Shown here: positions 26,575 through 36,962 of the stretch, in pieces
Position numbering within the stretch: the first letter of the stretch is position 1
How the letters are laid out: every line of letters starts with the position of its first letter
Position numbers and translations under genes: made by a program
Sequence record: OQ031495
DNA length: 64,000 nucleotides
Reading direction: 5' to 3' (one strand)
From: Escherichia phage MRostami-2023e
The notes under the pieces: generated by a model
The model's input: only the letters and a program-made list of their open reading frames with translations
Databases searched by the model: none
Told to the model about the DNA's origin: nothing

Positions 26575-26582
26575 TATTTATA
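26575..26582 (-). promoter_or_regulatory. Late promoter TATAAATA on - strand (gene 53 side)
   Basis: tatttata on + strand, ~40 nt upstream of gp53 start. Confidence 0.6.
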
Positions 26583-26593
26583 AGGAGGACAAC

Positions 26594-27043
26594 ATGGCCT
26601 ACTCTGGTAAATGGGTCCCGAAAAATTTAAAAAAATACCGTGGAGACCATACCAAAATAACGTATCGTTCAAACTGGGAAAAATTCTTTTTCGAATGGTT
26701 GGATAAAAATCCGGAAATTATTGCATGGGGTAGTGAAACAGCAGTAATTCCATATTTTTGTAATGCTGAAGGTAAGAAACGTCGATACTATATGGACATA
26801 TGGATGAAAGATGCATCAGGTCAAGAGTTCTTTGTAGAAATAAAACCAAAGAAAGAAACTCAACCACCTATTAAGCCTGCAAATCTTACTACCGCAGCAA
26901 AGAAACGTTATATGAATGAAATATACACCTGGTCTGTGAACTGCGACAAATGGAAAGCTGCTTCTGCTGTCGCAGAAAAGAGAAATATAAAATTTCGAGT
27001 TCTAACCGAAGATGGTCTTAGAAAACTCGGATACAAGGGGTAA
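26594..27043 (+). CDS. 4: Head completion protein gp4
   Basis: [40 protein letters not shown]... matches T4 gp4 as recalled; SD aaggagg upstream. Confidence 0.9.
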   Translation: MAYSGKWVPKNLKKYRGDHTKITYRSNWEKFFFEWLDKNPEIIAWGSETAVIPYFCNAEGKKRRYYMDIWMKDASGQEFFVEIKPKKETQPPIKPANLTTAAKKRYMNEIYTWSVNCDKWKAASAVAEKRNIKFRVLTEDGLRKLGYKG

Positions 27044-27045
27044 TT

Positions 27046-27867
27046 ATGAGCATATTCCAAATTATATCTGAAGGCGTACAAGCCCCTAAGATTGCTCAGT
27101 CTATGAATGAAAGAAAATGGATTGAGATAGGATTAGAATACAAGAAAGCTAAAGAGAAAGGAATCACTGCAAAAGCATTTGCAGAATCAAAAGGAATAAA
27201 ATACTCGTCGTTTACATCTGCAATGTCTAGATATGCATCATCTATTAAGACCGCACAGAAAATTGAAACGCTTGAATCTAAACCTAAAAATAAACTCAAT
27301 AAGCAAGAACGTCAACTTCTGATGATAAACTCGTTTCGCAGTTCAATACGAGAAAAGATTAGAAATGAAGGCGCAGCAGTAAACAACAAATCATCTAAGT
27401 GGTTTGTTGAAACAATTAAGAAAAGTGTAAAAGGTCATAAAGTAGTCAAGCCTACGCCAGGCAAAATTTATACTTACGTGTATGATGCTAAACATAAAGA
27501 TACTCTGCCATATTGGGACAGATATCCTTTGATTATTTATTTAGGATTAGGTAAACATAATTTGATGTATGGGTTAAACTTGCACTATATCCCACCTAAA
27601 GCACGTCAACAGTTTCTTGAAGAATTGCTGAAGCAATATGCTAGCACAACTACTATTACTAATAACACAAAGTTGAAGATAGACTGGAGCAAGGTGAAAG
27701 GATTTCAAGGTGCTGACAAAATGATTAAAGCATATCTGCCAGGCCACATTAGAGGAACAATAACAGAAATAGCTCCTAAAGACTGGGCTAACATAATCAT
27801 GTTACCTACTCAGCAGTTTATGTCAAAAGGAAAACGTTTCTCTGCGAATACTGTTTGGAAATCTTAA
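27046..27867 (+). CDS. 2: DNA end protector protein gp2
   Basis: 273 aa (T4 gp2 274 aa); conserved order 4-2-3. Confidence 0.85.
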   Translation: MSIFQIISEGVQAPKIAQSMNERKWIEIGLEYKKAKEKGITAKAFAESKGIKYSSFTSAMSRYASSIKTAQKIETLESKPKNKLNKQERQLLMINSFRSSIREKIRNEGAAVNNKSSKWFVETIKKSVKGHKVVKPTPGKIYTYVYDAKHKDTLPYWDRYPLIIYLGLGKHNLMYGLNLHYIPPKARQQFLEELLKQYASTTTITNNTKLKIDWSKVKGFQGADKMIKAYLPGHIRGTITEIAPKDWANIIMLPTQQFMSKGKRFSANTVWKS

Positions 27868-27969
27868 TTCTATTCTCTTCCGTTCTTCTGATATTCTGTT
27901 GAACCAGATTAATGGAAGAGACCTAAAACCATTATACTGCATTTTTATTAAAGCGTTTTTGAGGTGCTT

Positions 27970-28554
27970 ATGACTCGTCCAGCGAGACAGATTTTTAACC
28001 AAACAAATATAACAAACTTTGTTGTGGATATCCCAGATAGTACACGAACTTCAGGTTTTGTGCTCAATGCCCAAACGGCTCCATTGCCAGGTGTGAGAAT
28101 TCCTGTTGTTGAAACTGTTACAGGCACAATGGGGTTAGGACGTGCAATGCGTGCAGGCACCACATTTGAATATGACCCTTTTGTTGTACGATTTATAGTT
28201 GATGAAGACATGACGTCCTGGATGAACATGTATAAATGGATGCTCAGCACTAATAACTATATAACCGGACATAATACGGCCCACTCCGATGGTCCTGAGT
28301 TTGTTACTTTGCACATTTTAAACAACAATAAGACTGAAGTCGTTTTGACGGCAAATTTCTATAAACCATGGATTTCTGATTTGAGCGAAATTGAATTTAG
28401 TTACACTGAAGATTCTGATCCTGCCGTTACGTGCGTAGCAACTATTCACTACGCGTATATGACGATAGAAAAAGACGGCGAAGTCATTGTATCTCAACAG
28501 CCTCGTCAAGCAGCCGAATCTAAATCCATTTCTAGACACCCTTCCTTGCGTTAA
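27970..28554 (+). CDS. 3: Tail completion / sheath stabiliser protein gp3
   Basis: Position between genes 2 and 1; start at ATG 27970. Confidence 0.75.
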   Translation: MTRPARQIFNQTNITNFVVDIPDSTRTSGFVLNAQTAPLPGVRIPVVETVTGTMGLGRAMRAGTTFEYDPFVVRFIVDEDMTSWMNMYKWMLSTNNYITGHNTAHSDGPEFVTLHILNNNKTEVVLTANFYKPWISDLSEIEFSYTEDSDPAVTCVATIHYAYMTIEKDGEVIVSQQPRQAAESKSISRHPSLR

Positions 28555-28607
28555 TCGCTTCTAGCTCCGTATGTTATAATCACTCATAAATTATATGAGG
28601 AAAACCT

Positions 28608-29342
28608 ATGGAGCTAATCTTTTTAAGCGGCATCAAACGTAGTGGTAAAGACACCACTGCTGATTACATCAATTCAAACTTTAAATCCGTAAAATACCAA
28701 TTGGCATATCCGATTAAAGACGCTCTAGCAATAGCCTGGGGACGTAAACATGCTGAAAACCCTGATGTATTCACTGAGTTGAAATATGAATACTTTGAAG
28801 GTGTTGGATACGACCGTGAAACGCCATTAAATATCAATAAGTTGGATGTTATTGAATTAATGGAAGAAGCGCTAATTTATTTACAAAGTCAATATTTACC
28901 AATTAATAATGTTAAAGTATTATCATCCTTAGAAGGTGGATATTCATATCTAGATATTAAACCATATGAAGCCCTGCGTGAAGCTATAAATAATATCAAC
29001 GACACATGGTCAATCCGCCGTCTTATGCAAGCCCTCGGTACGGATGTTGTCGTTAATTTATTTGACCGTATGTATTGGGTTAAACTTTTTGCATTAAACT
29101 ATATGGATTATATTGGAAGTGATTTCGATTACTATGTTGTAACTGATACACGCCAAGTCCATGAAATGGAAACCGCTAGAGCGATGGGTGCTACAGTTAT
29201 TCATGTGGTTCGCTCTGGTACGGAATCCACCGATAAACATATTACAGAAGCTGGGTTGCCTATTGAAGAAGGCGATTTAGTTATTACAAACGACGGCTCT
29301 TTAGAAGAGCTTTATTCTAAAATTGAAACAATCTTAAGGTAA
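28608..29342 (+). CDS. 1: Deoxynucleoside monophosphate kinase gp1
   Basis: 244 aa; P-loop LSGIKRSGKDTTADYI; matches T4 gp1 as recalled. Confidence 0.9.
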   Translation: MELIFLSGIKRSGKDTTADYINSNFKSVKYQLAYPIKDALAIAWGRKHAENPDVFTELKYEYFEGVGYDRETPLNINKLDVIELMEEALIYLQSQYLPINNVKVLSSLEGGYSYLDIKPYEALREAINNINDTWSIRRLMQALGTDVVVNLFDRMYWVKLFALNYMDYIGSDFDYYVVTDTRQVHEMETARAMGATVIHVVRSGTESTDKHITEAGLPIEEGDLVITNDGSLEELYSKIETILR

Positions 29343-29346
29343 TAAA

Positions 29347-30032
<686 letters not shown>

Positions 30033-30045
30033 TTTTCACAAAACA

Positions 30046-30075
30046 GTTTACATAAGGATGATGGTGTGATACTAT
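30046..30075 (+). promoter_or_regulatory. Early promoter (GTTTAC -35, TACTAT -10) upstream of ipI
   Basis: gtttac N18 tactat; -10 sits inside inverted repeat aggatgat/atcatcct. Confidence 0.6.
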
Positions 30076-30109
30076 CATCCTATCAAATAAACAACCTCAA
30101 GGAAATAAA

Positions 30110-30397
30110 ATGAAAACATATCAAGAATTTATNNNNNNNNNNNNNNNNNNNNNNNNNNNNNNNNNNNNNNNNNNNNNNNNNNNNNNNNNNNNNNNNNNNN
30201 NNNNNNNNNNNNNNNNNNNNNNNNNNNNNNNNNNNNNNNNNNNNNNNNNNAAAGGTACTGTTTACCTAGGTGATGGGTGGTCTGCTAAAAAGGATGGTGC
30301 TACAATCGTTATCTCTCCTGCCGAAGAAACTGCGTTGTTTAAAGCTAAACACATTTCTGCAGCACATCTCAAGATTATTGCTAAAAATCTTTTGTAA
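30110..30397 (+). CDS. ipI: Internal protein I (capsid-targeted, injected; interior masked by N)
   Basis: Starts MKTYQEF (capsid-targeting sequence); C-terminal part KGTVYLGDGWSAKKDGATIVISPAEETALFKA... as T4 IPI from memory. Confidence 0.75.
   Translation: MKTYQEFXXXXXXXXXXXXXXXXXXXXXXXXXXXXXXXXXXXXXXXXKGTVYLGDGWSAKKDGATIVISPAEETALFKAKHISAAHLKIIAKNLL
30133..30250. other. N-masked run (118 nt) inside ipI
   Basis: run of n. Confidence 1.
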
Positions 30398-30457
30398 NNN
30401 NNNNNNNNNNNNNNNNNNNNNNNNNNNNNNNNNNNNNNNNNNNNNNNNNNNNNNNNN
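30398..30457. other. N-masked run (60 nt)
   Basis: run of n. Confidence 1.
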
Positions 30458-30467
30458 GGAGAATAAA

Positions 30468-30653
30468 ATGAAACGCGCTGAACTGATTCGTAATGTTGCT
30501 GTAGTAATTGCTTCAATGGCTTTTAGTTTTTCGATGTTTGTAGGATTCATTTGTGGACTACTGACAACAACTGAAAACTCTATCTCATTGGTAGTAGCAT
30601 TTCTAATCGGCTTAATCGCTATCGTTATGGATAAAATTGCAAAAGGTGAGTAA
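30468..30653 (+). CDS. Small hydrophobic membrane protein (61 aa)
   Basis: SD ggag then ATG; MKRAELIRNVAVVIASMAFSFSMFVGFICGLL... Confidence 0.6.
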   Translation: MKRAELIRNVAVVIASMAFSFSMFVGFICGLLTTTENSISLVVAFLIGLIAIVMDKIAKGE

Positions 30654-31016
30654 ATGAAATATCATGTATATGCAGATTTTGAAGCAAATCCTTCTAAAGA
30701 CCATGATTGTCGTTTGATACGCAGACCATTTGATTCAGCAGCTCAAGCCTGGGCTTGGATTAAAACTTGTACTCCTTCTTACACTTTCTTTGAAGTGGTA
30801 GACGATAACGGTGTTCTGCATCCAGAACCTACAGAAACTATTAATTTCCTTCTGTTTGCTGGTTACGACTGTTATCCTCTTGGTGGTATTGACGACCTTG
30901 TTGCTACAGGAAAAACTGTTGAGGCTCTTCGCGAAATTTATAAAAACGCAGAAGAAAATTTTGACTGGTATCATATTGTTGATGCTCATACCTTTGAAAT
31001 GGTGGAACATTCATGA
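30654..31016 (+). CDS. Hypothetical protein (120 aa)
   Basis: ORF track, ATGA-coupled to neighbours. Confidence 0.6.
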   Translation: MKYHVYADFEANPSKDHDCRLIRRPFDSAAQAWAWIKTCTPSYTFFEVVDDNGVLHPEPTETINFLLFAGYDCYPLGGIDDLVATGKTVEALREIYKNAEENFDWYHIVDAHTFEMVEHS

Positions 31017-31303
31017 TTCTTTATGCTAAGGTAAAATCCGTTGAGAATGGATATGAAAGCGACCGAGCTGCAGCTAAAGCACTAGTCGATTACTATGGTA
31101 TTTTGACTAACTTTGAAGTTGAAAAGGTTTACGTCGACCGTTCATCTTCACAGGTTAAATTACTTTGGGAAGACCGCAAATTTAATAGTGTGAACTTTGA
31201 TTTCTTTATTGAAACAGAAAAAGGTCCTCTTGAATATGATATTTTCAAGAATCCTTTGAAATTACGTTGCATTGAATATAATTACATTAATATGGTACGG
31301 TGA
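31013..31303 (+). CDS. Hypothetical protein (96 aa)
   Basis: ORF track. Confidence 0.55.
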   Translation: MILYAKVKSVENGYESDRAAAKALVDYYGILTNFEVEKVYVDRSSSQVKLLWEDRKFNSVNFDFFIETEKGPLEYDIFKNPLKLRCIEYNYINMVR

Positions 31304-31307
31304 GTAA

Positions 31308-31823
31308 ATGAATATTTGTTTAGGCAGTACAATTCCTAAGGGTTACGTAATTGATGTCACTACTTGGGAAAATGACGGCGACAACTATAAAACTAAAACG
31401 TTGTTTGGTGTAGAAGAGCATGAGCTCCAACAGTTTAAATATCTTTTGAAGAAATTTAAGAGCCGTCATTCCAGCACTAAAGCTGAACGTTACTGTGGTA
31501 ATACACTATTCAGTGATTGTTCGCTTTTAATCTATGAATACTTGGTTGAAGGATTGTTCTCAGACCAGCTTTATCCAGAATTCATTAAAAAGGTCTTTGA
31601 TATTGAAGTCGACCTTGGTAATAAATCTGAAGAAGACGAATCACGTGTATTTGACCTGTTCCGTGAGAATGGATATTTGGTATCAGAAGGTCTCACTGAT
31701 ATTCTTGGCCATGCTTCTGAATATTATGATTATGATTTCTTGCGTGTAGTTGAATGTGTTGAATTTGCTTATATTGAAGAAGAAATCGTTTTGCCAACTG
31801 TTAAAATGATTGATTTGCTTTAA
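31308..31823 (+). CDS. Hypothetical protein (171 aa)
   Basis: ORF track. Confidence 0.6.
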   Translation: MNICLGSTIPKGYVIDVTTWENDGDNYKTKTLFGVEEHELQQFKYLLKKFKSRHSSTKAERYCGNTLFSDCSLLIYEYLVEGLFSDQLYPEFIKKVFDIEVDLGNKSEEDESRVFDLFRENGYLVSEGLTDILGHASEYYDYDFLRVVECVEFAYIEEEIVLPTVKMIDLL

Positions 31824-31902
31824 GAATTATGTGTTATTATTAATTCATACCCTCTATTACCAAAGGTGCTCTAAAGTGCCTTTCATAATAGAAAGTTATT
31901 TA

Positions 31903-31977
31903 GGCCCTGTAGCTCAATGGGAGAGCTGTCAGCTCATAACTGATAGGTAGCTGGATCGAAACCAGCCAGGGTCACCA
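31903..31977 (+). tRNA. tRNA with anticodon CAU (Ile2-type or Met)
   Basis: Hand-folded cloverleaf: acceptor ggccctg/cagggtc, D stem gctc/gagc, anticodon loop cuCAUaa, T stem gctgg/ccagc, encoded CCA. Confidence 0.75.
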
Positions 31978-31980
31978 ATC

Positions 31981-32057
<77 letters not shown>

Positions 32058-32075
32058 ACTTCAAGTGAGGAAAAT

Positions 32076-32420
32076 ATGAAAGGTAATGTTTACTTAGTAG
32101 TTCATGATTTAACGTTTTATTTTAACGAACATGATACAGTTATTTCAGACCGATTGATTAATTTGTTATACCAACACGCAGATTACATCTATGTTCAAAA
32201 TGAATTCGGCCATTGGAAGTTCATTAAAAATCGTTCTGGGTTAACTAGTTTTGAATACTTTGATCGTAAAGACCTTTTAAACGAAATCCCATTGCAACAT
32301 CGGTTCCAGAAACGCGAATCATTATATTATTGCCGTCATATACCAAACGCCGAATGTGTTAATGAAGCGATTAATCTATGGAGACGGCGTCGAGAGCAAA
32401 TTGATGATATGCCAAAATAA
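32076..32420 (+). CDS. Hypothetical protein (114 aa)
   Basis: ATG with SD gaggaaaat just after tRNA-Arg; longer ORF-track start would overlap the tRNA. Confidence 0.6.
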   Translation: MKGNVYLVVHDLTFYFNEHDTVISDRLINLLYQHADYIYVQNEFGHWKFIKNRSGLTSFEYFDRKDLLNEIPLQHRFQKRESLYYCRHIPNAECVNEAINLWRRRREQIDDMPK

Positions 32421-32700
32421 GAAGCCGGGTCGCTACCGGTAAGTCGTCGGACTGATGTTCCCTGAGTAAGGACTGGTCTTAATAAATCTTTACGATTTGT
32501 TAATATCCCCTTACACCACAGCAGAAACGGCGCACCGAATTATCGATTCGAGGAAATATCTTTGCCGTAAGCCGAGTAGCGTTTTTGACGGAACGTTCGG
32601 ATATGGTCGAGATATGGCCTTTTAAAAATATTGAGTAGCGTCAACTACTTAATAACCGGGTTCAAATCCCGGCGTTTCGTACAAACACTTGCCTTAGCAG
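32421..32700 (+). ncRNA. Non-coding, relatively GC-rich region with tRNA-like T-arm; candidate stable RNA(s) (compare T4 rnaC/rnaD)
   Basis: No ORF >=60 aa on either strand; ccggg-ttcaaat-cccgg at 32656-32672; could not fold a canonical cloverleaf by hand. Confidence 0.3.
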
Positions 32701-32722
32701 GTGGAACCCCGACAAGGTATAT

Positions 32723-32752
32723 AGCCCCTTCCGAAAGGTTGGGGCTTTTTTG
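32723..32752 (+). terminator. Rho-independent terminator
   Basis: agcccc...ggggct stem followed by tttttt. Confidence 0.7.
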
Positions 32753-32760
32753 TATAAATA
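32753..32760 (+). promoter_or_regulatory. Late promoter TATAAATA upstream of the 32796 gene
   Basis: exact tataaata 36 nt upstream of ATG. Confidence 0.55.
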
Positions 32761-32795
32761 TAGTAAACAATAAACCCACTTTCTAAGGACCATCA

Positions 32796-33428
32796 ATGTA
32801 TACTTTTAATGAATTTTTAGCCGAAACGGAAGTAATCACCGAAGCCGGCGTACGTATGACAAAAGAGAAATGGCAAGCTGCTTACGATGCTATTTCTGGT
32901 ACAAAAACTAGTACAGAGTTTTTCAAAAACGTTCAAGCCATGTACGGTATCGACACTTCCAGCCAAAAAGAATATTACAGAGCTTCTAAAGCATTCAAAG
33001 ATATTGTTAGTGGTGGTGTTTCTGCTAAATCGGGTTCGCCTAAAGTAAAACCTGCTCCTACCATTCCTAAACCTGCGACCCCTAAAGCAATAGCAAAACC
33101 TGAGCCTAAGCCTAAGCCTGAAGTAAAAGCAACTCCTAAAGCTCCTGCTCTTAAGTTTGATACTTCTAGCCTGGAAAAAAAATATAAACAACTATCTTCG
33201 CTTGTTCGCGATATTGAATCCGATACATCTTCACTCGTTCGTGAATTCAATAGTCTTCGTAATGGCCAACATATCAACAACCTTGATACCCCAGACCTTT
33301 ATCGTCTTTATTTGACTATCGAAGGTTTGAAGTATACTCAACCACTTCATGATGAGATTAAAGAAAAACTTCGTCAGGCAGGTCGTTTGGCTGCTGACGC
33401 TGCTCAGTATGCAAAAACTCGTAAGTAA
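32796..33428 (+). CDS. Lys/Pro-rich protein with CTS-like N-terminus (MYTFNEFLAE); candidate virion internal protein
   Basis: 210 aa; N-terminus resembles MKTYQEFIAE; PK-rich linker; own late promoter and terminator. Confidence 0.65.
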   Translation: MYTFNEFLAETEVITEAGVRMTKEKWQAAYDAISGTKTSTEFFKNVQAMYGIDTSSQKEYYRASKAFKDIVSGGVSAKSGSPKVKPAPTIPKPATPKAIAKPEPKPKPEVKATPKAPALKFDTSSLEKKYKQLSSLVRDIESDTSSLVREFNSLRNGQHINNLDTPDLYRLYLTIEGLKYTQPLHDEIKEKLRQAGRLAADAAQYAKTRK

Positions 33429-33433
33429 AGAAT

Positions 33434-33452
33434 GGGGACTTCGGTCCCCTTT
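33434..33452 (+). terminator. Terminator-like hairpin (ggggac-ttcg-gtcccc, short U-run)
   Basis: GC stem-tetraloop directly after stop codon. Confidence 0.5.
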
Positions 33453-33480
33453 AGGGGGTCTATAACTTACTGAAAAAGTT

Positions 33481-33509
33481 GTTTACTTCTTCCCTAGATG
33501 TGTTACTAT
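33481..33509 (+). promoter_or_regulatory. Early promoter (gtttac N17 tactat)
   Basis: -35/-10 match to T4 early consensus; RBS catgaggagaatattATG shared with 38765 copy. Confidence 0.55.
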
Positions 33510-33537
33510 AGACCCATCAAAACATGAGGAGAATATT

Positions 33538-33798
33538 ATGAGTCTTTACACTGAACTGAATAAAAAATCTGAAGAATCTGCTGAAACTATTTTTAAAAAC
33601 GTGCAAAAGCGTATTTTAGAAAAGATGTATAACACTGCAGCTAAAGGTGAAAAATCTTGCCGGTTCCCGATGAGGTGTTCTTCTGATTTATGCGCAAATA
33701 CTATTGAATGGCTGGAAAGTGAAGGTCTTACGGTAGAGAAAAACCCGGCGATTTCTATTGACAGTGAATCATATATTAGTATTTCTTGGGATAAATCA
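33538..33798 (+). CDS. Hypothetical protein (3' end masked)
   Basis: ORF track; runs into N-masked run. Confidence 0.55.
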
Positions 33799-33827
33799 NN
33801 NNNNNNNNNNNNNNNNNNNNNNNNNNN
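33799..33827. other. N-masked run (29 nt)
   Basis: run of n. Confidence 1.
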
Positions 33828-33912
33828 AAATTTGAAAAATTAAAAATAAATGATGTACAAACGCCAAGGACGGTGATACTATAGACTTATCAACTACAGA
33901 GGAGTAAACAAA

Positions 33913-34077
33913 ATGACTACTTTAATTATTTGGTTCGATGAAAATGAAGAAACATACTGTGTGAATATTGGTGAAAGTCCAATGCCCGAATTTGAATCCT
34001 CAGATAAAAACTCTGTTGTATCTTGGGCTGAAGGTTATAAAGCAGCTAAAGGTGACGTTGAAATAATTTACATCTAA
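33913..34077 (+). CDS. Small hypothetical protein (54 aa)
   Basis: ATG with SD gaggag; promoter-like gtacaa...tactat upstream; below ORF-track size cut-off. Confidence 0.45.
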   Translation: MTTLIIWFDENEETYCVNIGESPMPEFESSDKNSVVSWAEGYKAAKGDVEIIYI

Positions 34078-34123
34078 GTAAGTTTATGTTATAGTAATCA
34101 CATCAAATCAAGAGGAAAACAAA

Positions 34124-34351
34124 ATGGCTAAAGTTAGTATTGATGTCGTTGATTATGAATACACAGAAGAAGTTATTCGCAACCGTCACCCTGAAGTTCG
34201 TATCGATTCAGTACAAGATTCCAAGTTCTGGACAACCGAGCTTAATCTGAGTGGTCCTTATGAAGCTGTTAAGAAGTTCATGGTTGAAGAATACTGCGAA
34301 GGCATGCACCCCGAAGACGCCAAGTTTTATGTCAATTTGATTAAAAAATAA
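34124..34351 (+). CDS. Hypothetical protein (75 aa)
   Basis: ORF track; SD gaggaaaacaaaATG. Confidence 0.55.
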   Translation: MAKVSIDVVDYEYTEEVIRNRHPEVRIDSVQDSKFWTTELNLSGPYEAVKKFMVEEYCEGMHPEDAKFYVNLIKK

Positions 34352-34380
34352 TTTACAAACTCTTGAGAGCAGAGTATAAT
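34352..34380 (+). promoter_or_regulatory. Early promoter (tttaca N17 tataat) with -10 in loop of gagagc/gctctc inverted repeat
   Basis: seen in sequence. Confidence 0.55.
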
Positions 34381-34421
34381 GCTCTCGTTGGATAATAAAC
34401 CACCAATTGAAAGGTAATAAT

Positions 34422-35015
34422 ATGAACACACTGAAGAAACTTGTTGAATTCATCCGCACTAAACTGGGTACTGCTATGGCTAAAAATCTGACTGTCGAAG
34501 AACAGTATAACGCAGCTGCAGATAAGTTGATTACCCAAATCAAAGAACTAAAAACGGCTTCTGTTAAATCTATTAATGAAGAAAAACGTATTCGCGAACT
34601 TGTTAATGAAAAGAACAAGCAAGCCGCTTCTAAGGAACGTGAAATTCGTAAGCTCCTGGCCGAAGGACAAGATGTTACCATGCATGCTAAGCTTGGTCTT
34701 CTGTATCGTCGAACTGCCGAACAACTTAATACAAAAGCTGACGGGTATGCCGCTATGCGAATTGAAATTGCTCGTAAGGTGGTTGAACTTGACGATGCTC
34801 GTCAGAACCTGGCAATCAAACTCGAATACATTCGCGAAACTCGAGCAGCTAATGCCCTTGGTATCTCTACGGCCGATGATGTAATTGAAATCGCTGCACT
34901 GACTAAGGTTGATATCGAAGACACTCTGACTCGTGTTGAAACGTTCAATGGCACTCCAGCTGGTGTCGAAACCACTTCTGCTGATGTACAAGAATATATT
35001 AACTCTTTGAAATAA
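34422..35015 (+). CDS. Coiled-coil protein (197 aa)
   Basis: ATG with SD aaagg; heptad-rich sequence. Confidence 0.6.
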   Translation: MNTLKKLVEFIRTKLGTAMAKNLTVEEQYNAAADKLITQIKELKTASVKSINEEKRIRELVNEKNKQAASKEREIRKLLAEGQDVTMHAKLGLLYRRTAEQLNTKADGYAAMRIEIARKVVELDDARQNLAIKLEYIRETRAANALGISTADDVIEIAALTKVDIEDTLTRVETFNGTPAGVETTSADVQEYINSLK

Positions 35016-35023
35016 AATAATAC

Positions 35024-35045
35024 GGAGGACTCCGGTCCTCCTTTT
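35024..35045 (+). terminator. Rho-independent terminator
   Basis: ggaggac-tccg-gtcctcc followed by tttt. Confidence 0.7.
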
Positions 35046-35064
35046 GGATAATAAAGGAGTTAAC

Positions 35065-35667
35065 ATGCGAAACCAAAATAATGATATTGACTCAATGTTC
35101 GAAGAGTTCCGAGATAAGGTAAATCCACCTACGTCTTTAGTTGATTCATTACGATATGTTGCAACTGGGCGTAAATGGTACTGGTCGTCTTCTTATGAGA
35201 CTACTGAGAAAACAGCTAGCCATAGCAGAAAATCTTTATTAGCCCCAGGTATTATGATTCATGATATCGGAGCTATTGCTAAACTAGTTGCAGACCATGA
35301 TATTAGATTCACCGATTTCGTTGCTCCTACATGGTCTGTTTGTTGTTTAAACACCGAATGGGAATATATCAGCGAACGCTCTAAAGATTATTATGGTTTT
35401 AGAGATAAGCTTTTAAGGTCTAACATGTTTTATATTGATACAGAAGTTCTGGTCAATAATAAAAAATACTACTTCACTTTAATCGTCGATTCTGAAACTA
35501 TGTATGAAGGCAAGCCTTTGCTTAAAAGAGTTGATGCTTTAAGTGCTATTGATGCGCTTTATGAAACTATGGTTGTTAGTCCTAATTTCACTAACAATTT
35601 AATCCTTGAGCAATTTATTATGGAATGTAGAGAATATGTCAAAGCCAACCCTATACATGCCAAGTAA
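35065..35667 (+). CDS. Hypothetical protein, C-terminal FIMECR motif (family member 1, soluble)
   Basis: ATG with SD aaaggag; ends ...EQFIMECREYVKANPIHAK. Confidence 0.6.
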   Translation: MRNQNNDIDSMFEEFRDKVNPPTSLVDSLRYVATGRKWYWSSSYETTEKTASHSRKSLLAPGIMIHDIGAIAKLVADHDIRFTDFVAPTWSVCCLNTEWEYISERSKDYYGFRDKLLRSNMFYIDTEVLVNNKKYYFTLIVDSETMYEGKPLLKRVDALSAIDALYETMVVSPNFTNNLILEQFIMECREYVKANPIHAK

Positions 35668-36031
35668 GCCCTGGGCATACGAATACAAACGTAAATTAAT
35701 CCCAAACGAAGTACTATTTGGCCCTATTTTAGCTTTAGCATTTTTAATCTTTATGATTATAGGAGCTGTTTTAGATTCCAATAAAGTTATATCGTCCGAT
35801 GCAGCGTTTTCATTAATGTTCGTCGCACCACTTATTGTACCGTTTTTATTAATGCCTATTAATTGGGTAGGATATTGGCACCAAGGCCGTCATCACAGAG
35901 CTCGAGTTCGTGAGTGGAAAGTTCAGTGCGCAAAAGCCCAAGCTCAGTATGATGAAGCTGTTAAAAAGTATGAATATGAAGAAGCTATGGAATTCGTTAA
36001 GGAGATAAGATGCAAAAGCCACAACTCTTAA
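35636..36031 (+). CDS. Two-TM membrane protein, C-terminal FVKEIR motif (family member 2)
   Basis: Two hydrophobic segments; ends ...AMEFVKEIRCKSHNS; overlaps upstream gene. Confidence 0.6.
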   Translation: MSKPTLYMPSKPWAYEYKRKLIPNEVLFGPILALAFLIFMIIGAVLDSNKVISSDAAFSLMFVAPLIVPFLLMPINWVGYWHQGRHHRARVREWKVQCAKAQAQYDEAVKKYEYEEAMEFVKEIRCKSHNS

Positions 36032-36369
36032 CCGTATGGCCTTCTCTTGGTGAGAACATTCTAATTTTTATTATGAGTATTGGCATGGGATTTGCCTTTG
36101 GATTAGTTGGATTTCTTATTGACGGCGTTGTGTTAGGATTTATAGGGAACACTGGTGGATTCACAGACCAATGGCAGGACTTACGGTATACCCAAGCCTT
36201 TGCATCCATCGCATCCTTTTGTACTGTAGTCTATTTTTACTACGATTTTATAAACCGTAACAAGAAAAATAAAAAGGTTTACGCTTCTCAAATGGTTAGT
36301 TATAATGAACTCCTAGCTAGACGTGAAAATGAAACAATCGAAAACTTTATTAAGGAATGTAGAAAATGA
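36010..36369 (+). CDS. Two-TM membrane protein, C-terminal FIKECR motif (family member 3)
   Basis: SD aaggag; ends ...IENFIKECRK. Confidence 0.65.
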   Translation: MQKPQLLTVWPSLGENILIFIMSIGMGFAFGLVGFLIDGVVLGFIGNTGGFTDQWQDLRYTQAFASIASFCTVVYFYYDFINRNKKNKKVYASQMVSYNELLARRENETIENFIKECRK

Positions 36370-36671
36370 GTAAGATTATTGAAATTAAAGTACCAGAGTT
36401 TAATGATGCCAAATCCGCTTCAGACGCAATTTATAAACTTCTGAATCAAGCTGAACGTATCGAAGAAGAAGCAACAAAGATCGCAGACCAATATGCCGTA
36501 TCATTTTCTGTAGGTGATTATGGTAGCGGTCGTACTTATTATCCTAAGGGTGAAATCGTATCCCAGTGGATGAAAGATGAAATTGAAAATAATGGTGGCG
36601 ATGTTAAGCGTGAAGGTAATGGTTACGTTATTACTGAAGGTGCTTGGGTTTCGTCTTCTGCGTTGTGCTAA
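36366..36671 (+). CDS. Hypothetical protein, paralog A (C-terminus GAWVSSSALC)
   Basis: ORF track; ATGA-coupled. Confidence 0.6.
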   Translation: MSKIIEIKVPEFNDAKSASDAIYKLLNQAERIEEEATKIADQYAVSFSVGDYGSGRTYYPKGEIVSQWMKDEIENNGGDVKREGNGYVITEGAWVSSSALC

Positions 36672-36680
36672 GGAATCATT

Positions 36681-36953
36681 ATGTCTAAAGAACAAACCGA
36701 ACTGGCTGAAGCTGTAGCAAAAATCTATGCAGCTATTGAGGCTGCCAAAGAAATTGCTGATAAACAAAACACAACATTCAACTTGTACCCAGCTTATGGT
36801 ATGGGTGGAACCTATCATTCACCCGGACAGCTTAAAGCCGATCTTGAACGTTGTACAAAAAACGGCTATGCTGAATGGGCCGACGTTTACCAATACGACT
36901 ACAACCTGAGCCTCGAAACTGGTGGTTGGGTTGCATCTTCTCACACTTGCTAA
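36681..36953 (+). CDS. Hypothetical protein, paralog B (C-terminus GGWVASSHTC)
   Basis: ORF track. Confidence 0.6.
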   Translation: MSKEQTELAEAVAKIYAAIEAAKEIADKQNTTFNLYPAYGMGGTYHSPGQLKADLERCTKNGYAEWADVYQYDYNLSLETGGWVASSHTC

Positions 36954-36962
36954 GGAAACCAT

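Noticed and set aside
34422-35015. PspA/IM30-like assignment for the coiled-coil protein
   Set aside because: Only generic coiled-coil character; no specific motif match I can support by eye
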